Positions 46,356 through 48,339 of a stretch of 48,339 bases of DNA are shown in pieces; within the stretch, counting starts at the first letter, position 1; the number at the start of each line of letters is the position of its first letter. The notes beneath the pieces were generated by a model. That model ran no database searches and was not told the origin of the DNA. It saw only the letters and a program-made list of their open reading frames with translations. The translations under genes were made by a program, and so were the position numbers. The stretch covers positions 1 through 48,339 of the forward strand of contig WELA01003164.1 in assembly GCA_009602735.1 (NCBI GenBank), in the 5' to 3' direction. Origin of the DNA: Mesotaenium endlicherianum. Lineage: Eukaryota.

Positions 46356-47861
46356 ATGGTAAGGACAAGGTCTCAAACTAGCAACTCCCGAGACATGGAG
46401 AACCAGGATAACGAGAATGTCGAAAACCGGGCGGAAAGCCATGTAACGGGAAACCGTACCTATTCTGAAGCAGTAGCAGATACTGCAGCTAGGGAGGCTG
46501 CAGATGAGGCACCTGCCATTGCGGCAGTCGCAGCACAGCAAGCTGAGGAGGAGAGAGCCAGGCTAGAAGCTGAACAATTAGCAAAGGCCGCTGAAGATAC
46601 AGAAAGGAGNNNNNNNNNNNNNNNNNNNNNNNNNNNNNNNNNNNNNNNNNNNNNNNNNNNNNNNNNNNNNNNNNNNNNNNNNNNNNNNNNNNNNNNNNNN
46701 NNNNNNNNNNNNNNNNNNNNNNNNNNNNNNNNNNNNNNNNNNNNNNNNNNNNNNNNNNNNNNNNNNNNNNNNNNNNNNNNNNNNNNNNNNNNNNNNNNNN
46801 NNNNNNNTACTCAGCGAGTAGATGCCAATGCTGCTGCTGCATTTGCTAATCTACCACCCCAGATTGTAGACTTGGGAGCATTGTTCGTTCAAATAAAGTC
46901 ACAAATGGCGATCATGTATCAGTCCCAACAGGAGGACAAAAGAATCATAATGTCTCTACTGCGGGACAGAGACCAACTGGGGTCTCAAACCACTGGTGGT
47001 GGTGGCCGAGGGCCTAGTAAGCCCAAGCCGAAACCTCCCCAGGAATATGATCCTGAGGGAAACAGAAAATATTACCTGATCAAGTTTCTCGCGGATGTTG
47101 AGCAGTGGCTGGAGAACTACCCAGAACTGCAAGATTACGAGAAGGTCAGGCACACCGGTGCGCTACTAAAAGGCAGTGCCGCAGACTGGTGGCTTTACTG
47201 GAAAGGAGAGCGTAAGGCTCGGCAACTCGGTGACCCTACGTGGGTAGAGTTTGTCGAGAAGTTGCATGAGAAGTTTGATGTCATCAACCAGCAGGAGAAA
47301 GCTATCTATGCGATGATCTCCCTGACACTGAAGCAGACCACTTCAGTTGCTGAGTTTGCTCAAAAGTTCCAAGAGAACATGATGAAGCAGCCGGATTTGC
47401 CAGAACGGTATAGGATAGCATACTTCAGGTATGGCTTGAAATCCGAGGTCTCTGGTCATTTTGCTGAGAAAAAGTATGAGAAACTGGCTGACTTGATCCA
47501 GGATGCTGACGCCTGGGATCAGCAGCAGTTCAATCACAAGCGCCAGAGTAATGCTTTGGTGTCTAAGATTGTCAAAAAGCCCCACGGTTCCTACAATGCA
47601 ATTGAAGGAGACCAGGCTGAGGATAATCAGGGTGATGAATATGAGTATGAGTACAATGCTATTCAGTCTAGAGGTAGAGGTGGTCCCTCTCGAGGTGGCT
47701 ATGGAAGGGGTGGTGGTAGGACTAAGCCGAGACCAGCCTCAGCAAAATCTACTTGCTACCATTGTCAGCAGTTGGGCCACTACAGAGAACAGTGTCCAGT
47801 CAAGCACCTTCCTAAGGTCGAGAGAGAAGACCAGCCTTTAAAAGACAGCAACAGTCAGTAA
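46356..47861 (+). CDS. gag: Family A gag (spans a 198-N gap)
   Basis: LLKGSAADWW, LKQTTSVAEFAQKF, RGG-rich segment and zinc knuckle CYHCQQLGHYREQC. Confidence 0.9.
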   Translation: MVRTRSQTSNSRDMENQDNENVENRAESHVTGNRTYSEAVADTAAREAADEAPAIAAVAAQQAEEERARLEAEQLAKAAEDTERXXXXXXXXXXXXXXXXXXXXXXXXXXXXXXXXXXXXXXXXXXXXXXXXXXXXXXXXXXXXXXXXXXXTQRVDANAAAAFANLPPQIVDLGALFVQIKSQMAIMYQSQQEDKRIIMSLLRDRDQLGSQTTGGGGRGPSKPKPKPPQEYDPEGNRKYYLIKFLADVEQWLENYPELQDYEKVRHTGALLKGSAADWWLYWKGERKARQLGDPTWVEFVEKLHEKFDVINQQEKAIYAMISLTLKQTTSVAEFAQKFQENMMKQPDLPERYRIAYFRYGLKSEVSGHFAEKKYEKLADLIQDADAWDQQQFNHKRQSNALVSKIVKKPHGSYNAIEGDQAEDNQGDEYEYEYNAIQSRGRGGPSRGGYGRGGGRTKPRPASAKSTCYHCQQLGHYREQCPVKHLPKVEREDQPLKDSNSQ

Positions 47862-48339
47862 TCCAGTCTACTGACTGTGAGGATGCTAGAGATAGTGAGT
47901 CGTCACTAGCTGCCCTCGTAGCAGGTATTATGGGTCCTGCTGAACTGGATTCACTATGCATGCCTGACAACCAGATAAAAGAGACCATCAGCAATATAGA
48001 CGTCCAAAGAGTGCACGTCTGGATGCTCTTGTTCCACCTGATGTCCAACATTTCTTTGCTACGTCAGGAGAACAATGCGAAAGTTAGGAAAAGACAGTCN
48101 NNNNNNNNNNNNNNNNNNNNNNNNNNNNNNNNNNNNNNNNNNNNNNNNNNNNNNNNNNNNNNNNNNNNNNNNNNNNNNNNNNNNNNNNNNNNNNNNNNNN
48201 NNNNNNNNNNNNNNNNNNNNNNNNNNNNNNNNNNNNNNNNNNNNNNGCCCAAGGGAATAGAACAATATTCCTTGGAGATGCCTCAAGTATCTCGGGAGGA
48301 GTTATAACCAAGCCTATTGAGGTCCAGTTAGGTTCTGGC
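47837..48339 (+). CDS. Probable start of family A pol, in the -1 frame
   Basis: Slippery site T TTA AAA at 47837-47843; the -1 frame is open to the N gap at 48100. No protease motif is visible yet. Confidence 0.5.

Overview
Eukaryotic nuclear DNA. The plant-type genes together with DIRS and piggyBac elements suggest a streptophyte or other green alga (inference). A ~15 kb island of two intron-rich, minus-strand host genes lies between two nests of transposons. Gene 1 (22422-26302, 9 exons, 223 aa) encodes a signal peptide, an EGF-like module and a complete Cu/Zn superoxide dismutase domain. Gene 2 (29832-35690, 11 exons, ~470 aa) encodes a PEP-carboxykinase-like protein with a presequence-like N-terminus, no P-loop and two GC-AG introns. 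Left nest: a DIRS-type tyrosine-recombinase retrotransposon with a methyltransferase-like domain, interrupted by Ty3/Gypsy elements of three LTR families (called A, B, C here), including a full-length chromovirus (2355-9045, TSD ACATT) that carries a solo LTR (TSD TGATG). Further right are a hairpin-dense tRNA-like non-coding block and a decayed piggyBac. Right nest: a family B element interrupted successively by a family A LTR, a long-LTR non-coding element (D), a possible fifth LTR and another family A element. All calls come from manual reading; no database searches were run.
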